From NCBI GenBank assembly GCA_965248055.1, contig CBDFIJ010000004.1, positions 96,001-160,000 of the forward strand: 64,000 nucleotides of DNA, written 5' to 3'. Position 1 is the first letter of the stretch, and each line of letters starts with the position of its first letter. Below the pieces are notes generated by a model that worked only from the letters and a program-made list of their open reading frames with translations, ran no database searches and had not been told where the DNA came from. The translations under genes were made by a program, and so were the position numbers. The DNA is from Candidatus Multivoradales bacterium. GTDB taxonomy: Bacteria; Acidobacteriota; Thermoanaerobaculia; Multivoradales; JAHEKO01. Below, piece after piece: positions 29,391-40,979 of this stretch.

Positions 29391-30178
29391 CACAGCACCC
29401 TCGCTTGGCGAACTAGATGTTCGACCAACTGCGCAACCATTTCTTGGGGGGAACCCTGCAGCATCTCGGCTCCACCCCCTGAGTCCGGAAATGCAACCGC
29501 CTCAATCTGCACCAAGGAACCTGCAGCTCCGACTTGATCTTCGGTGAATCCGAGCTCCGAAGACGTCAACGCGACCAGTTCTTTCCTTTTCGCCTGCATG
29601 ATTCCGCGCAAAGACGCGTAGCGCGGAGTATTGAGCCCTGCCTGGATCTGCAACACCGCCGGCAGTTTCAAGCGCACGATCTGGTTGATCCCAGATTCCA
29701 TTTCCCGGGTAACCAGAACGCTTCCCTCTTCCAATGCGATCCCCATGACCAACCAAGCGTGTGGCCAGCCCAGATACTCGGCGACTACGGAACCGGTGGC
29801 AGCCCAACCGAGATCGTCGGACTGGGATCCGGTGAGTACTAGGTCGAATTCCTCCCTCTGCAGCGCCTTGGCGAGCACTCGCCCGGTAGCCAACGCGTCT
29901 CCACCGACTAGATTGTCGCCCTGGATATGAACAGCGCGCGTAGCTCCCAAAGCTAACGCCTTGCGTAAAGCCTCGCCCACCCGAGCGGGCCCCAAACCAT
30001 AGACCACCACTTCGCCTTCGGTTCTCTCGGCGATCTGCAACGCCTCCTCGACTGCATACTGATCGTTCTCACTGATAACGAACGGTAGATCTTCTTCATC
30101 CAGCCACTTGCCGTCTGCCGCAACTCGTAGTCTAGCTTCGGTATCGGGCACCTGTTTGATGCACACCGCTATCTTCAT
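29390..30178 (-). CDS. etfB: Electron transfer flavoprotein beta subunit
   Basis: CIKQVPD, GSQSDD, NTPRYASLRGIMQAK. Confidence 0.95.
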   Translation of the reverse strand: MKIAVCIKQVPDTEARLRVAADGKWLDEEDLPFVISENDQYAVEEALQIAERTEGEVVVYGLGPARVGEALRKALALGATRAVHIQGDNLVGGDALATGRVLAKALQREEFDLVLTGSQSDDLGWAATGSVVAEYLGWPHAWLVMGIALEEGSVLVTREMESGINQIVRLKLPAVLQIQAGLNTPRYASLRGIMQAKRKELVALTSSELGFTEDQVGAAGSLVQIEAVAFPDSGGGAEMLQGSPQEMVAQLVEHLVRQARVL

Positions 30179-30430
30179 CGATCTCCTCTCGTGAATGTCG
30201 AGTCCGGACTACCAAGGTTTCCCGCGTCCGGTGTCGGAAAACCAACCTTATTCGTCCGGTTGGACTAAGGTCAACCGGGAAATCGAGCGAACGGAACTGG
30301 CAAGCAGCGTGCAGGCTTCGGGTAATCGACCGGAGTTGGACATCACATTCGGCCCGATGTTAGCTTCGCCTCGTTATAGCCTACTGAGGCACCCCTTTAC
30401 GTCCATCTATCGAGAGGCAGACCAACTTAC

Positions 30431-31135
30431 ATGTGGATCATCGCTCAAGCTCATTCCGCTCCAGGCCTTATGGAGCTTTTCCTCGAGGCGGGACTTTTTG
30501 CCAAATTCATTCTCGGCCTGTTGGTCTTCTTGTCGTTGGGTTCTTGGGCCATCATGGCGCGCAAGTCCCTACAAATTCGGCGCGCCGACCGGGAAAACGA
30601 GATTTTCTTGTCGGCCTTTCGTCACAGCAAACGGTTTTCCGAGGTCAATCGCGCCGCCGAAGATCTTGACACCAGCCCGTTGGTAGGCATGTTTCAGGCT
30701 GGCTACTTGGAGATCGATGCCCAGATCAAGGCTGCGCGAGAGGGTGAAGGGTCGGAGGCAGCTTACAAATTGTCCTCTCTCACCTCTTTGGAACGCAGCC
30801 TGCGACGAGCCGCTCAATCGGAAGTCAGAAGGCTAGCGCGAGGATTTGGCTTTCTCGCCACCACCGCGTCAGCGAGTCCGTTTATCGGTCTCTTGGGCAC
30901 CGTCTGGGGAATCATGGTGTCCTTCCAGAGCATTGGCGCCACCGGCTCGACATCGCTGGTCGCGGTCGCACCCGGTATCGCCGAAGCCCTGGTTAACACC
31001 GCAGCCGGACTGGCCGCGGCCATCCCGGCCTTGGTCGGCTACAACTACTTTTCCGGGCGATTGCGGGAAGTGCGGGCCCAGACTGAAGACTTCCATCTGG
31101 AATTCCTCAACCTGGCCGAACGAAACTTCTCCTAG
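30431..31135 (+). CDS. tolQ: Tol-Pal system TolQ
   Basis: SPFIGLLGTVWGIM, VAPGIAEAL, AAIPA. Confidence 0.93.
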   Translation: MWIIAQAHSAPGLMELFLEAGLFAKFILGLLVFLSLGSWAIMARKSLQIRRADRENEIFLSAFRHSKRFSEVNRAAEDLDTSPLVGMFQAGYLEIDAQIKAAREGEGSEAAYKLSSLTSLERSLRRAAQSEVRRLARGFGFLATTASASPFIGLLGTVWGIMVSFQSIGATGSTSLVAVAPGIAEALVNTAAGLAAAIPALVGYNYFSGRLREVRAQTEDFHLEFLNLAERNFS

Positions 31136-31146
31136 GAGCGCTGGCG

Positions 31147-31569
31147 GTGGCCTTCAACTTTGGATCCCAGCAGGAGGACGATCAAGTTCTCACTGACATC
31201 AACGTCACCCCTCTGGTGGACGTGATGTTGGTGCTGTTAATCATTTTCATGATCGCTGCGCCGATGCTGCATCAGGGCATTGAAGTCGCCCTGCCGCAGG
31301 CCAACGCCGGTGCCCTGCCGCAACGCACTCAGGATCCCATGGTGATCTCGATCAATCGAGATGGTCTGATCTATCTCTTTGAAGAACCGATTCACGCCTC
31401 CCAACTGGTGGACCGCTTGCAGCCCTTGGTGCAAGCCCGCGCTGGCGAAACGGTATTCGTCAAAGGCGATCGCGATGTCGCCTACGGCCAAGTGATGGAA
31501 GTCCTCGACTTGCTGCGCGAAGGCGGAATCGTCAATGTCGGCATGGTTACCGATCGTAGAAGTCGCTAA
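31147..31569 (+). CDS. tolR: Tol-Pal system TolR
   Basis: INVTPLVDVMLVLLIIFM. Confidence 0.93.
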   Translation: MAFNFGSQQEDDQVLTDINVTPLVDVMLVLLIIFMIAAPMLHQGIEVALPQANAGALPQRTQDPMVISINRDGLIYLFEEPIHASQLVDRLQPLVQARAGETVFVKGDRDVAYGQVMEVLDLLREGGIVNVGMVTDRRSR

Positions 31570-31642
31570 ACGAACCAAACCGGTATTTTATGGCTCTAGT
31601 TCACCGGCACCATCAACCGTCTCAAGTCAACGCCTAAGCTAA

Positions 31643-32395
31643 ATGAGCCGGAGCATCAGTACACACCTTGATCGGCGCTTTGAGCGGTTGGAGGCGGAAA
31701 ATCGAGCTTCCGGCTTGGCTATGTCGCTAGGCATGCATCTCGCTATCATCGCCTTCGCCTGGTTTGCCTCCACCTGGTCGACCGCGCCGGTGATGATCGA
31801 CGACTTCAGTCAGGTGGTGCGACTGGTACCGGTCGCCGCCCTCGGAACTCGCGAGGTGCAACCGAAACCCACGCCCCCCGCACCTCGACAGGAAGCGGTC
31901 CCCGAACTGGAAGAACCAGCGGCTGAAGAAACGGAGATCGAAGAACCGGTGCCAACCCTCTCCCCACCGCCTGAGCGCCGCAAGCCCACGCCATCACCGG
32001 CACCCACCACTCGCTCTCGATCCTCCAGTCAACCGCAGCAGTCAACCCAACGTGCCGGGTCGCCGACCGGCAGCCTTCTGGGCACTTCTCTGGCCGGATC
32101 AGGAGCGGCCAGCCTGGACTCACCCGATTTCACCTACTCCTACTACACCGACCAACTGTTGGCGCAGATTGACTCGGTGTGGAATCGCCCGGTGATCGGC
32201 GGCGAGATCGAGGCAATCGTAAAATTCGTCATCCGCCAAGACGGTTCTCTAGCGAACGTCAGTCTGGCTCGCTCGTCGGGATACAACAGCTTTGACTTAG
32301 CAGCGATGCGCGCAATCCGCGCTGCAGCGCCATTTCCGCCGCTGCCTGCGGCATTTCGCAATTCGACTCTTGGCGTCAATCTCACCGTGCGATAA
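31643..32395 (+). CDS. tolA: TolA/TonB-like energy transducer
   Basis: TM helix with SxxxH (SLGMH), Pro-rich linker, TonB-C domain (SSG...FD). Confidence 0.85.
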   Translation: MSRSISTHLDRRFERLEAENRASGLAMSLGMHLAIIAFAWFASTWSTAPVMIDDFSQVVRLVPVAALGTREVQPKPTPPAPRQEAVPELEEPAAEETEIEEPVPTLSPPPERRKPTPSPAPTTRSRSSSQPQQSTQRAGSPTGSLLGTSLAGSGAASLDSPDFTYSYYTDQLLAQIDSVWNRPVIGGEIEAIVKFVIRQDGSLANVSLARSSGYNSFDLAAMRAIRAAAPFPPLPAAFRNSTLGVNLTVR

Positions 32396-32413
32396 TTCGC
32401 TGGTTCGAGGCTC

Positions 32414-33826
32414 TTGCTCCAACTGAAACCCCAATCCACCACTCGGAGACTCCAGATGCAAGCGACCCCAAGACCGCTACAACCTCAGACCCTTAGAATG
32501 AGATCCGGGATCGCACCAACCTTGGCGCTGGTAGTCACTCTGAGTGGCTCCCTGGCAGCACCCAGTAACCTCTCTGCCCAGGATCTTGATCAACCGATCG
32601 TCGACCTAGTTCTGGATGGGCGAGGGAAATCACCGATCCGTATGGCTTTTCCCACCTCGCAAAGTCCGGGCACGCCTTCTGGGCTCAGCAGCGCTACCAC
32701 CACCCTCGACGCCACCATTCGTGGTGACTTGTCGATTTCTGGCGTGGTGGTGCTAGATGGCCCGGAACAACTCTCGGTACTAGAACTGACCGGCAATATC
32801 GCTAGCGACCTGGAAAGTTATCGTTCGTTGGGTAACCAAGCGCTGCTGCTGGTCAAGACCACAGCCGAGGGGGACCGGATGGTGGTCGACGCTCGGGTGG
32901 TCGACTTCCAAACCAGACAGGATATCTACGCCAAACGCTACCGCGGAGGCTATGACCTAGCCCGGCGCATTGGCCACATCGTCGCCGACGACATCATCTT
33001 GTACTATTCCGGACGGCGAGGACTGGGACAGACGCGAATCGCGTTTTGGTCCGATCGCAATGGCTTCAAAGAAATCTATTTGATGGAATACGACGGCAGT
33101 AGTCAAAAACCGGTTACCGCTCACAAGTCGATTTCCATGTCTCCGGCTTGGAGCCCACAGTCCGACGGTTTGTCCTATGTCTCTTTTGTTGGTGGACTGC
33201 CCAACGTCTATTTCGCCGATCTCGCTTCCGGCCGTAAGCGCGCCCTGCTGGCTAAGGGCGCCCACAACACCTCACCGACGTTCTCGCCAGATGGCAGCAA
33301 GATTGCCTTTGCCAGTTCAACCAATGGCAACTGGGAGGTGTTTACCGCCAATCGAGACGGAGGCAATCTGCGCCAACTGACGCATTCAAAACGCATCGAC
33401 ACCAACCCTTCCTGGAGTCCAAACGGGCGCGAGATTGCCTTTACCTCCAACCGGGGTGGTCAACCGCAGATCTACGTGATGGACGCCGAGGGAGCAAACG
33501 TGCGACGGGTCTCCTTTGGCGGCACTTACGCTGACGGAGCCGCTTGGAGCCCGAACGGCTCGGTGGTGGCCTTTGCCAGTCGACGCGGGGGTTCTTTTGA
33601 CCTGGCAGTCAGCCATCTAGTGACCGGAGAGAGCCGTTTTGTCACCGCGGGAGGAGCCAACGACGAGACCCCGACTTTTTCACCCGACGGACGACGCATT
33701 GCTTTCGCTTCTGACCGCAGTGGACGCGCCCAAGTCTACGTGGTCGATGTCGAAGGCCGTGAGGTCACTCAGTTGACATCCAGCGGCACCAATCGGGCGC
33801 CGGACTGGTCACCGTATCTCCAATAA
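32414..33826 (+). CDS. tolB: Tol-Pal beta-propeller protein; start codon uncertain
   Basis: Repeated PD40 motifs (SPAWSP, PTFSPDG, PSWSPNG). Confidence 0.93.
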   Translation: MLQLKPQSTTRRLQMQATPRPLQPQTLRMRSGIAPTLALVVTLSGSLAAPSNLSAQDLDQPIVDLVLDGRGKSPIRMAFPTSQSPGTPSGLSSATTTLDATIRGDLSISGVVVLDGPEQLSVLELTGNIASDLESYRSLGNQALLLVKTTAEGDRMVVDARVVDFQTRQDIYAKRYRGGYDLARRIGHIVADDIILYYSGRRGLGQTRIAFWSDRNGFKEIYLMEYDGSSQKPVTAHKSISMSPAWSPQSDGLSYVSFVGGLPNVYFADLASGRKRALLAKGAHNTSPTFSPDGSKIAFASSTNGNWEVFTANRDGGNLRQLTHSKRIDTNPSWSPNGREIAFTSNRGGQPQIYVMDAEGANVRRVSFGGTYADGAAWSPNGSVVAFASRRGGSFDLAVSHLVTGESRFVTAGGANDETPTFSPDGRRIAFASDRSGRAQVYVVDVEGREVTQLTSSGTNRAPDWSPYLQ

Positions 33827-33982
33827 ATGACAGCGGTTTTTGCCACAAAATCGCCATTGTTTCTCGCTATGAGCTCTGCTAATCTCCACTTGATCGCGGC
33901 TTGTCGCGGCCTAAAGGTGGGTTTGTACAGGCAGGCGGGAAATTAACAAGACCTGGAACTCGACATCGCAAGGAGCATATCG

Positions 33983-34552
33983 ATGCAACGCAAGACTTGG
34001 CTCACTCTTCTTCTCGTCGCCGTAATGGTTGGTGGCGTTTCCAGTGCATGTAAGAAAGATAAACCGGTAGCGCCGCAGGCAGTAGAGCCCGCCGAGGCGC
34101 CGGATGATAGCGCCACCGATGTTGAGCCTGAGCCCGATCTCGAGATAGTGGACGATACCCCCGATCCGCTCGATGGAGACCTCCTAGACGCTCAGGTGTA
34201 CGCTGAGTCGATGGGATTTTTGGGCGATGTCTACTTCGACCTGGATCGTTCCGACTTGTCTTCCGCATCACGCGACCGTCTGGCGCAGAACGCCGAGTTC
34301 ATTGCCAGCCGTCCTGAGTTCACCTTCACCATTGAAGGGCACTGTGACGAGCGTGGCACCAACGAGTACAACCTCGCCTTGGGTGATCGCCGTGCTAACA
34401 CTGCTTTGAGTTACTTGGTTTCGCTGGGTGTCGATGCCAGTCGCATCACCACCATCAGCTACGGCGAAGAGAACCCGACCTGCGATACTTCTGGGGAAAG
34501 CTGCTGGAGCCAAAATCGCCGCGCTCACTTCGCGATTACTGGCCGCCGCTAG
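33983..34552 (+). CDS. pal: Peptidoglycan-associated lipoprotein
   Basis: Lipobox SSAC, EGHCDERGTNEYNLALG, SYGEE, NRR. Confidence 0.96.
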   Translation: MQRKTWLTLLLVAVMVGGVSSACKKDKPVAPQAVEPAEAPDDSATDVEPEPDLEIVDDTPDPLDGDLLDAQVYAESMGFLGDVYFDLDRSDLSSASRDRLAQNAEFIASRPEFTFTIEGHCDERGTNEYNLALGDRRANTALSYLVSLGVDASRITTISYGEENPTCDTSGESCWSQNRRAHFAITGRR

Positions 34553-34590
34553 ACGATACAGGTAAGTCGCACTAATCACTGGCTTTGTCG

Positions 34591-35358
34591 ATGCGTCCTT
34601 GGATCCACTCCCCTATTGTTCTCCTAGTTTTCGCTGGGTTGGCTGGCGGCTGCGTCACAACCAGCGATATTGAAGATATCCAAAGCCAACTGCGGCGTAT
34701 CGAGAACGAACTGGGAGTGGTCCGCACCGAAGGTTCCAGCAAAGACGAGGTCGCACGGCTGCAGCAAGAGATGTCCGACCGGATGAAGGAATTGCTCCGC
34801 GTCGAGGCTGACATGCAGGTCGAGTTGTCTCAGCTCTCCGGTCAGATCGACCAATTGCAGGCCAACCTGGAAGACACCAATTACCGTCTCGATCAGCTTT
34901 CCAAGCAAATTGGCGGGGTCACGACGGCAATTGCGACCGCGACCTCGAACAACAGCAGCCGCAACTCTGGAAGCGCTCCAGTTTCAGATCCGCGCGCTAT
35001 GTATGACGTGGCCTACAACGATTACCTGCGTGGCAACTACGACCTAGCGATTGGTGGTTTTGAACAATATCTGGCGAATTTTCCAGATACCGACTTAGCG
35101 GATAACGCTGCCTATTGGATCGGCGAAAGCTATTTCAGCCAAGGCGAGTACAACGACGCGGTGCAAGAATTCCAACGCATCCTGAGCGACTTTCCGCGCA
35201 GTGACAAGCGCGCGTCAGCGATGCTCAAGGCAGGATATGCCTACCTGGAATTGGGAGATCGTCGACGTGGGGTTGCTCAACTGCAGCAAGTTTTGCGTGA
35301 TCATCCCGGTACCGACGAGGCTGACTTAGCGCGTCAGCGGTTGGCGGAGGTTGGTTAG
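34591..35358 (+). CDS. cpoB: CpoB/YbgF TPR protein
   Basis: Lipobox AGGC, coiled coil, three TPR motifs (ADNAAYWIGE); follows pal. Confidence 0.9.
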   Translation: MRPWIHSPIVLLVFAGLAGGCVTTSDIEDIQSQLRRIENELGVVRTEGSSKDEVARLQQEMSDRMKELLRVEADMQVELSQLSGQIDQLQANLEDTNYRLDQLSKQIGGVTTAIATATSNNSSRNSGSAPVSDPRAMYDVAYNDYLRGNYDLAIGGFEQYLANFPDTDLADNAAYWIGESYFSQGEYNDAVQEFQRILSDFPRSDKRASAMLKAGYAYLELGDRRRGVAQLQQVLRDHPGTDEADLARQRLAEVG

Positions 35359-35538
35359 ACGACAAACCAGCCAGCGCCGATCTGGTTGACGTGGTCTAAA
35401 GGGCTGCTTTAACATTCCGATTCGGCGTTACACCGGTTCACCGGCGTAACGCTTCTTAACGAGAAGAACCAAGAAAACCAACAAGCAAAATTCCCGAGCG
35501 GTATCTCCGCGTCGGAGATACCTTCAGAGAACTTCACC

Positions 35539-35811
35539 ATGGCCAACAACCCCAGTGCAATCAAACGTATCCGCCAAAACGAGACCAACCGGGCTCGCAA
35601 TCGGACCCATAAAACGCATCTGCGCACTGCGATCAAAGAGGTCCGTACTGCGGTTGCGGCTGCAGATTTGGACGCTGCCGAGAAGAGTTTGGCAACCACG
35701 CTGCCGTTGGTGGACTCTTCGGTCGGCAAAGGCGTCATCCATCGCAATGCTGCCGCCCGGACCAAATCGCGATTGACGCGTGCTGTAGCTCAATTGCGAG
35801 CCAGCGCCTAG
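35539..35811 (+). CDS. rpsT: 30S ribosomal protein S20
   Basis: MANNPSAIKRIRQ, KGVIHRNAAARTKSRL. Confidence 0.97.
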   Translation: MANNPSAIKRIRQNETNRARNRTHKTHLRTAIKEVRTAVAAADLDAAEKSLATTLPLVDSSVGKGVIHRNAAARTKSRLTRAVAQLRASA

Positions 35812-36183
35812 TTCGCCCAGCTCCAATCGGTTCCATTTCTAGTCATATATGGTTTCTTGGTCGCGTTTGGGCGGCCTGATCACACCTTTCCAAGTACCCC
35901 AGGGCCTCTTTCGAGGGCATAGTTCTCTCGGAGGCTGGATCTCGCGTCCCAGCCTTTGCCCAACGCTACTAAGCCTGGAACGCTAGGATGCCAGAGCACA
36001 GAGCGTCCTGGCGGGGAACTCGTTATAGTCTGAGACAGGGAACTGTTGCACGCACCGCGCCCTAACCGGCCGATGTAGACGGTGGGAACGGGTTGCTCTA
36101 TCAGGGATATGAGTCTAGAGGCAGAAGCCGCATGCGGCCCTTGCTCACCGAGCACGCCGCGCCAACAACAATTCGCTTACAGA

Positions 36184-36762
36184 CTAGAAGCCCTCAAGCA
36201 AGTCGCTGATCAAACTTCGGGCGAACTTGCTGGAAATGTCTTCAATCGCAGTGACCTCACGCTCAAAGATTCCGGTATCCCCTTCGAGGTCCAGCTCATA
36301 GTTTTCACGGAAGTCATACTCGGGATTGGCCCACAGAATGGTTTCTTCCTCGTCGGTGCGGCGCAGCAGTATGAAGGCTCGCACCGAAATTTCGTACTCT
36401 GTAGCGAAGCCAGCGCCACCAAAGGTAATCGGCGTTAACCGTACACTGAGGATCTCGCCTTCCAGCACCGCGTCGGAGTCCGCTTCGTTACTCGCCAACT
36501 CGAAGCGCTGCCTCAGCACCATCTCCTCGGCGATCGCGGTACCCAAGATTTGTTCCACCAGAGCCTTGTTGGAGCGGCTGGTGAGCGGTTCGATATAGAC
36601 CGATTGAATATCTTCGGGCAAGTTACTTCCGCGCCCCACCAGGGCGTAGCCACAGCCGCTGAGACCGGTCAGCAGCAGGAGCACCGCCATCCACCCCTGG
36701 CAGAACTTGGTTTCTGTGCTGCTGGCAATGCGACTTCTGAAGGTCAATATTTTCTCAGTCAT
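36184..36762 (-). CDS. lptE: LPS assembly lipoprotein LptE-like
   Basis: Lipobox LSGCGY; position downstream of leuS. Confidence 0.82.
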   Translation of the reverse strand: MTEKILTFRSRIASSTETKFCQGWMAVLLLLTGLSGCGYALVGRGSNLPEDIQSVYIEPLTSRSNKALVEQILGTAIAEEMVLRQRFELASNEADSDAVLEGEILSVRLTPITFGGAGFATEYEISVRAFILLRRTDEEETILWANPEYDFRENYELDLEGDTGIFEREVTAIEDISSKFARSLISDLLEGF

Positions 36763-36833
36763 AGTTCCTCGTTCCGAAGAGTATCCCTTATTACCAAGAG
36801 CCATCGACTTGGATGTTCTCGCTTTGTCGAGCT

Positions 36834-39326
36834 TCAGCGAACGACAAAATTCACCAAACGCCCAGGCACGTGAATTACTTTGAGGATTTCCCCTGACGCT
36901 AGATGGCCTGCGGTGTTTCTCAAGTCCTTCGCTAGTTCTTCAATCGCCGCTTGATCGATTCCCGCGGAGACGGTCAAGCGATCCCGAAGTTTACCGTTCA
37001 CTTGCACCACCAAGGTTACCGTCTCGTCATCGAGCAAAGCTTCATCCCAGGTCGGCCATTCAGATTGCAACAAGCTGTCACTGTGGCCGCACGCCTGCCA
37101 CATTTCCTCGGTGATATGGGGAGCAGCGGGGTGCAACAATTGGATCAAGGTCTCAAGAGCCCGTTGGGTTGTGGTACGCGACACCCGACCCTGCTCCAAA
37201 GCTTTGGAAACCGTGTTCAAGAATTCCATCAGCCCGGCGATCGCAGTGTTGAACTTAAATCGTTCCAAGTCCTCACTGATTTTCTTAATCGTACGGTGTC
37301 GTGCCCTTTCAATCGCACGGTCCTCTGAACCCTCGACCTCAAGTGCCGATTCAATACGTTCCGGTAGCCGCCACACCCGGCGCAGAAAGCGATAAGCGCC
37401 CTGAACGGCATCGTTATTCCACTCCACCTCATCCTCCGGGGGACCGATGAACAACGTGTAGACCCTCTCGGTGTCCGCCCCCATCCGCTCAATCAGTTCA
37501 TCCGGGGACACCGTGTTACCCCGCGACTTGGACATCTTTTCGATCCGCCCGGTTGCCTCTGCGTAACGTGTGATCATCCCCTGGTTGAACAGCCGGGTGA
37601 ACGGCTCCTCAAAATCAACCATCTCAAAATCATGCAGTACCCGGCAGATGAACCGGGCGTAGAGCAGATGCAAAATTGCATGTTCAATGCCACCGATGTA
37701 CTGATCCACCGGCCCCCAAGATCGGGCTCGCTCTTTGGAGAACATCACTTGGCCGTCGTCGCTCGACAGGTAGCGCAGGTAGTACCAAGAGCTGTCGACA
37801 AAGGTATCCATGGTGTCGGTTTCGCGCCGTCCAGGCGCGCCACAGGTCGGGCATGCAACTTCGACGAAGCCACGATGCTTGTCCAAGGGATTGCCGGTCG
37901 CACCCTTCATCTCAATATCGTAAGGAAGCTCCACCGGAAGCTGCTCTTCGGCTACCGGGACCGCGCCACAGTGGTCGCAGTAGATGATCGGGATTGGGGT
38001 TCCCCAGTAGCGCTGGCGCGAGATCAACCAATCGCGCAGCCGGTAGTTGACTTCCCCACTGCCCCAGCCGTGTTGCTCACTCCAGACGATGAAACGAGCA
38101 ATGGTCTCCGGTCCGTTGACCGCACCCTCAAACTCAGGGATGCCTCGGATTACACCAACACCAACCGTCGGCTCGGTCATCACTTCGGGTTGTTCGTCCA
38201 GATGGTAGACGGGAATCACTTCCAAGCCTTCTTGGCGGGCAAACTCGAAGTCGCGACCATCGTGCGCCGGTACCGCCATGATCGCGCCGGTGCCGTAGTC
38301 CGGTAGCACGTAATTGGCGATCCAAATCGGAATCTCGGCTCCGGTGGCTGGATTGATTGCCTTGCGCCCGCTGTCCCAACCTTCCTTCTTGAGCCCAGCG
38401 TCCTGGCGTTCGATCTTGGAACTGTCGCGCACCTTGTTGACCCAAGACCGGATCTCCTCGGCCTCAGGGTGCTCGGCAATCAGATCTTCTACCCACGCGT
38501 GCTCCGGAGCCAGCACCATAAAGGTTGCTCCATGGACGGTATCGGGTCGGGTGGTGAACACCTCCAGCACCCGCTTGTCTGCTTTACCGGCGAGGGCAAA
38601 ACGCAACCGAGCGCCCTCAGAACGGCCAATCCAGTTGCGTTGCATAGTCTTGACCCGCTCAGGCCAGCCATCCAGACCGTCCAACCCATCAAGCAATCGC
38701 TCAGCATAGTCGGTAATGCGATAGAACCACTGCTCTAGGTCTCGCTGGCGCACAGTGGCCCCACAGCGTTCACAGGCTCCGTCCACCACTTGTTCGTTGG
38801 CCAGCACAGTCTGACAAGAAGGACACCAATTGACCGGAGCCTTCTTCTTATAGGCCAGGCCTTCCTGGTACATCTTGAGAAACAACCATTGATTCCAACG
38901 ATAGTAATCGGGATCGCAAGATGCCAATTCCTTTGACCAGTCGTAGAGAATCCCCCACTTGGCAAACTGCTCCTTCATCACCCGGATATTTTCTTGGGTC
39001 CAATCTCGAGGGTGGATTCCACGCTGAATCGCAGCATTCTCCGCTGGCAGGCCGAAAGCGTCCCAGCCCATCGGGTTGAGCGCCCGTTTTCCGTGCATCC
39101 GCAGCGAACGATAGAGAGCATCACCCAAGATGTAGTTGCGCCCGTGTCCAACATGTAGACGATCGCCGGAGGGATAAGGGAACATCATCAGCATGTAGTA
39201 GTTGGCGTCTGGATCCCGACCGTCCAGGTTGGCGTCTAAGGCAACCTGGGCACTACGCTCCCGGCGCCACCGCTCCTGCCACTTGGCCTCGATCTCTTGA
39301 TGGTTGTACTCGCGCGACTTACTCAT
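36834..39326 (-). CDS. leuS: Leucyl-tRNA synthetase
   Basis: MFPYPSG, HVGH (HIGH), [25 protein letters not shown]. Confidence 0.98.
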   Translation of the reverse strand: MSKSREYNHQEIEAKWQERWRRERSAQVALDANLDGRDPDANYYMLMMFPYPSGDRLHVGHGRNYILGDALYRSLRMHGKRALNPMGWDAFGLPAENAAIQRGIHPRDWTQENIRVMKEQFAKWGILYDWSKELASCDPDYYRWNQWLFLKMYQEGLAYKKKAPVNWCPSCQTVLANEQVVDGACERCGATVRQRDLEQWFYRITDYAERLLDGLDGLDGWPERVKTMQRNWIGRSEGARLRFALAGKADKRVLEVFTTRPDTVHGATFMVLAPEHAWVEDLIAEHPEAEEIRSWVNKVRDSSKIERQDAGLKKEGWDSGRKAINPATGAEIPIWIANYVLPDYGTGAIMAVPAHDGRDFEFARQEGLEVIPVYHLDEQPEVMTEPTVGVGVIRGIPEFEGAVNGPETIARFIVWSEQHGWGSGEVNYRLRDWLISRQRYWGTPIPIIYCDHCGAVPVAEEQLPVELPYDIEMKGATGNPLDKHRGFVEVACPTCGAPGRRETDTMDTFVDSSWYYLRYLSSDDGQVMFSKERARSWGPVDQYIGGIEHAILHLLYARFICRVLHDFEMVDFEEPFTRLFNQGMITRYAEATGRIEKMSKSRGNTVSPDELIERMGADTERVYTLFIGPPEDEVEWNNDAVQGAYRFLRRVWRLPERIESALEVEGSEDRAIERARHRTIKKISEDLERFKFNTAIAGLMEFLNTVSKALEQGRVSRTTTQRALETLIQLLHPAAPHITEEMWQACGHSDSLLQSEWPTWDEALLDDETVTLVVQVNGKLRDRLTVSAGIDQAAIEELAKDLRNTAGHLASGEILKVIHVPGRLVNFVVR

Positions 39327-39345
39327 TGGGTGCGGTCCTGGATCT

Positions 39346-39777
39346 TCACTGCATCCGTCCTGGAAATTTATGTTGCTTGAGCATGCCGTCCAGTATCCCG
39401 TTAACAAAGGCCCCGGACTTTTCGCTCCCCAAGCGTTTGGCTAACTCGATCGCTTCGTCAACCACCACCAGCTTAGGAACATCTTCCTCAAACAGGAACT
39501 CCCCCACCGCCAAGCGCAATATGTTGCGGTCTACCGGGGCCATTCGTTCCAGTCGCCAGTGATCGGCCTGGCCTTGAATCAGTTCGTCTATTTGGGGCAG
39601 ATTGTCTAGGGTCGCTTGGGCCAACTCCACCGCGTAGGCCAGAACTTGCTCAGCGCCCGCAACTTGCAGTTGAGCCTGAGGAAAGTCGCCAACGATCTCG
39701 GCCAACGTGCTCTCCCCCAAATCTGCCTGATACAGCATTTGGGCAGCCAGCTCACGTCCTTGTCGTCGACCACTCAT
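39346..39777 (-). CDS. nusB: Transcription antitermination factor NusB
   Basis: [14 protein letters not shown]...DRNILRL, FVNGILD. Confidence 0.95.
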   Translation of the reverse strand: MSGRRQGRELAAQMLYQADLGESTLAEIVGDFPQAQLQVAGAEQVLAYAVELAQATLDNLPQIDELIQGQADHWRLERMAPVDRNILRLAVGEFLFEEDVPKLVVVDEAIELAKRLGSEKSGAFVNGILDGMLKQHKFPGRMQ

Positions 39778-39875
39778 TCCAAAGAACCCTTTTTCTTAAT
39801 CTACAGGCAACGCGGCAGCACGAATGCGGCTGCGGAAGAAAATTCAGCTTATCAAGCAACGCAGACCAGATCAGC

Positions 39876-40979
39876 CTACTCGGGCAAACTCCGGCTTCGA
39901 TAGCGCCGAAAACTCACCAGTCGTCCTTCGGCCTCATCCCAAAGATGCAACTTAGCGCAATGGATGCTGTCGCGCAGGGATAACCGGGTGACTTTGTTCA
40001 GCTCAGGCACCTTGCGAAAGCACTCTCTCAAACGGTAGTTGGGGATTGAGCTCGCCAAGTGATGTACATGGTGGAACCCAATATTGCCGGTAAACCAGTG
40101 CAGCGCGACCGGCAGATCGTAGAGCGAACTACCTTCGATTCCCGCGCGGTGAAAATCCCACTCTTGGTGTTCCCGCCAATAGGTGTCTTCAAATTGGTGT
40201 TGAACGTAAAACAGCCAAACACCCAACGCCCCACTGATCAAGATGATCGGTGCCTGCACCAAGACAAACTGTTGCAAGCCAATCAACTTCCAAGCAGCTA
40301 ATACCCAGCCAGCTATAAACAGATTGGTCCACATCACACTCGCCCATTCCCGTTTCCAAGTCCGAGGGATATCCAGAGGCAGGCGCTGTTTCAGAACGAA
40401 TTGGTACAAAGGACCGAACCCGAGCAAAACCACCGGATGGCGATAGAGACGGTACTTCAACTTGCCCCACCACGACCGCCAGCGATACTCCTTCACAGTC
40501 AGCGTCTCGACGTCGCCAATACCTCTGCGATCTAGGTCTCCCGAGGTACCGTGATGAATCGCATGGGTGCGCTGCCAATAAGCAAACGGAGTCAACGTCA
40601 CCACCCCGATCAAAAAGCCAACCAACTGATTCAGTCTGCGGCCCTTGAAGAAAGAACCGTGGCCGCAGTCGTGTAGAAAAATAAACAAGCGAATCTGCAA
40701 CCCGACCGCGGGAATCGCCAAGAGCAAAGTCAGCCCATAGGAGAGTTGCAAACTCTTGAACATCAGCAGCCAGTTGAGCGCCAGCAACCCGGCAGTGCTT
40801 GAGAGCTGGAACCACGCCTTGCGGTCCACCGCATTCATATAGGGACCGAGCAGACCGTTCCAGTATTTCTGCGCTGAGGTTGGTGGATTAGGGCTTGGTT
40901 GACTAGTGCTTGGTTGGCTGGAGCTTAGCTGGTTAGGGCCGATTGGATTGGGTGCAACGTTCAATTGAGGTGCCTCCAT
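39876..40979 (-). CDS. Membrane fatty acid desaturase
   Basis: Three His boxes HDCGH, HAIHH, HHVHH. Confidence 0.93.
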   Translation of the reverse strand: MEAPQLNVAPNPIGPNQLSSSQPSTSQPSPNPPTSAQKYWNGLLGPYMNAVDRKAWFQLSSTAGLLALNWLLMFKSLQLSYGLTLLLAIPAVGLQIRLFIFLHDCGHGSFFKGRRLNQLVGFLIGVVTLTPFAYWQRTHAIHHGTSGDLDRRGIGDVETLTVKEYRWRSWWGKLKYRLYRHPVVLLGFGPLYQFVLKQRLPLDIPRTWKREWASVMWTNLFIAGWVLAAWKLIGLQQFVLVQAPIILISGALGVWLFYVQHQFEDTYWREHQEWDFHRAGIEGSSLYDLPVALHWFTGNIGFHHVHHLASSIPNYRLRECFRKVPELNKVTRLSLRDSIHCAKLHLWDEAEGRLVSFRRYRSRSLPE

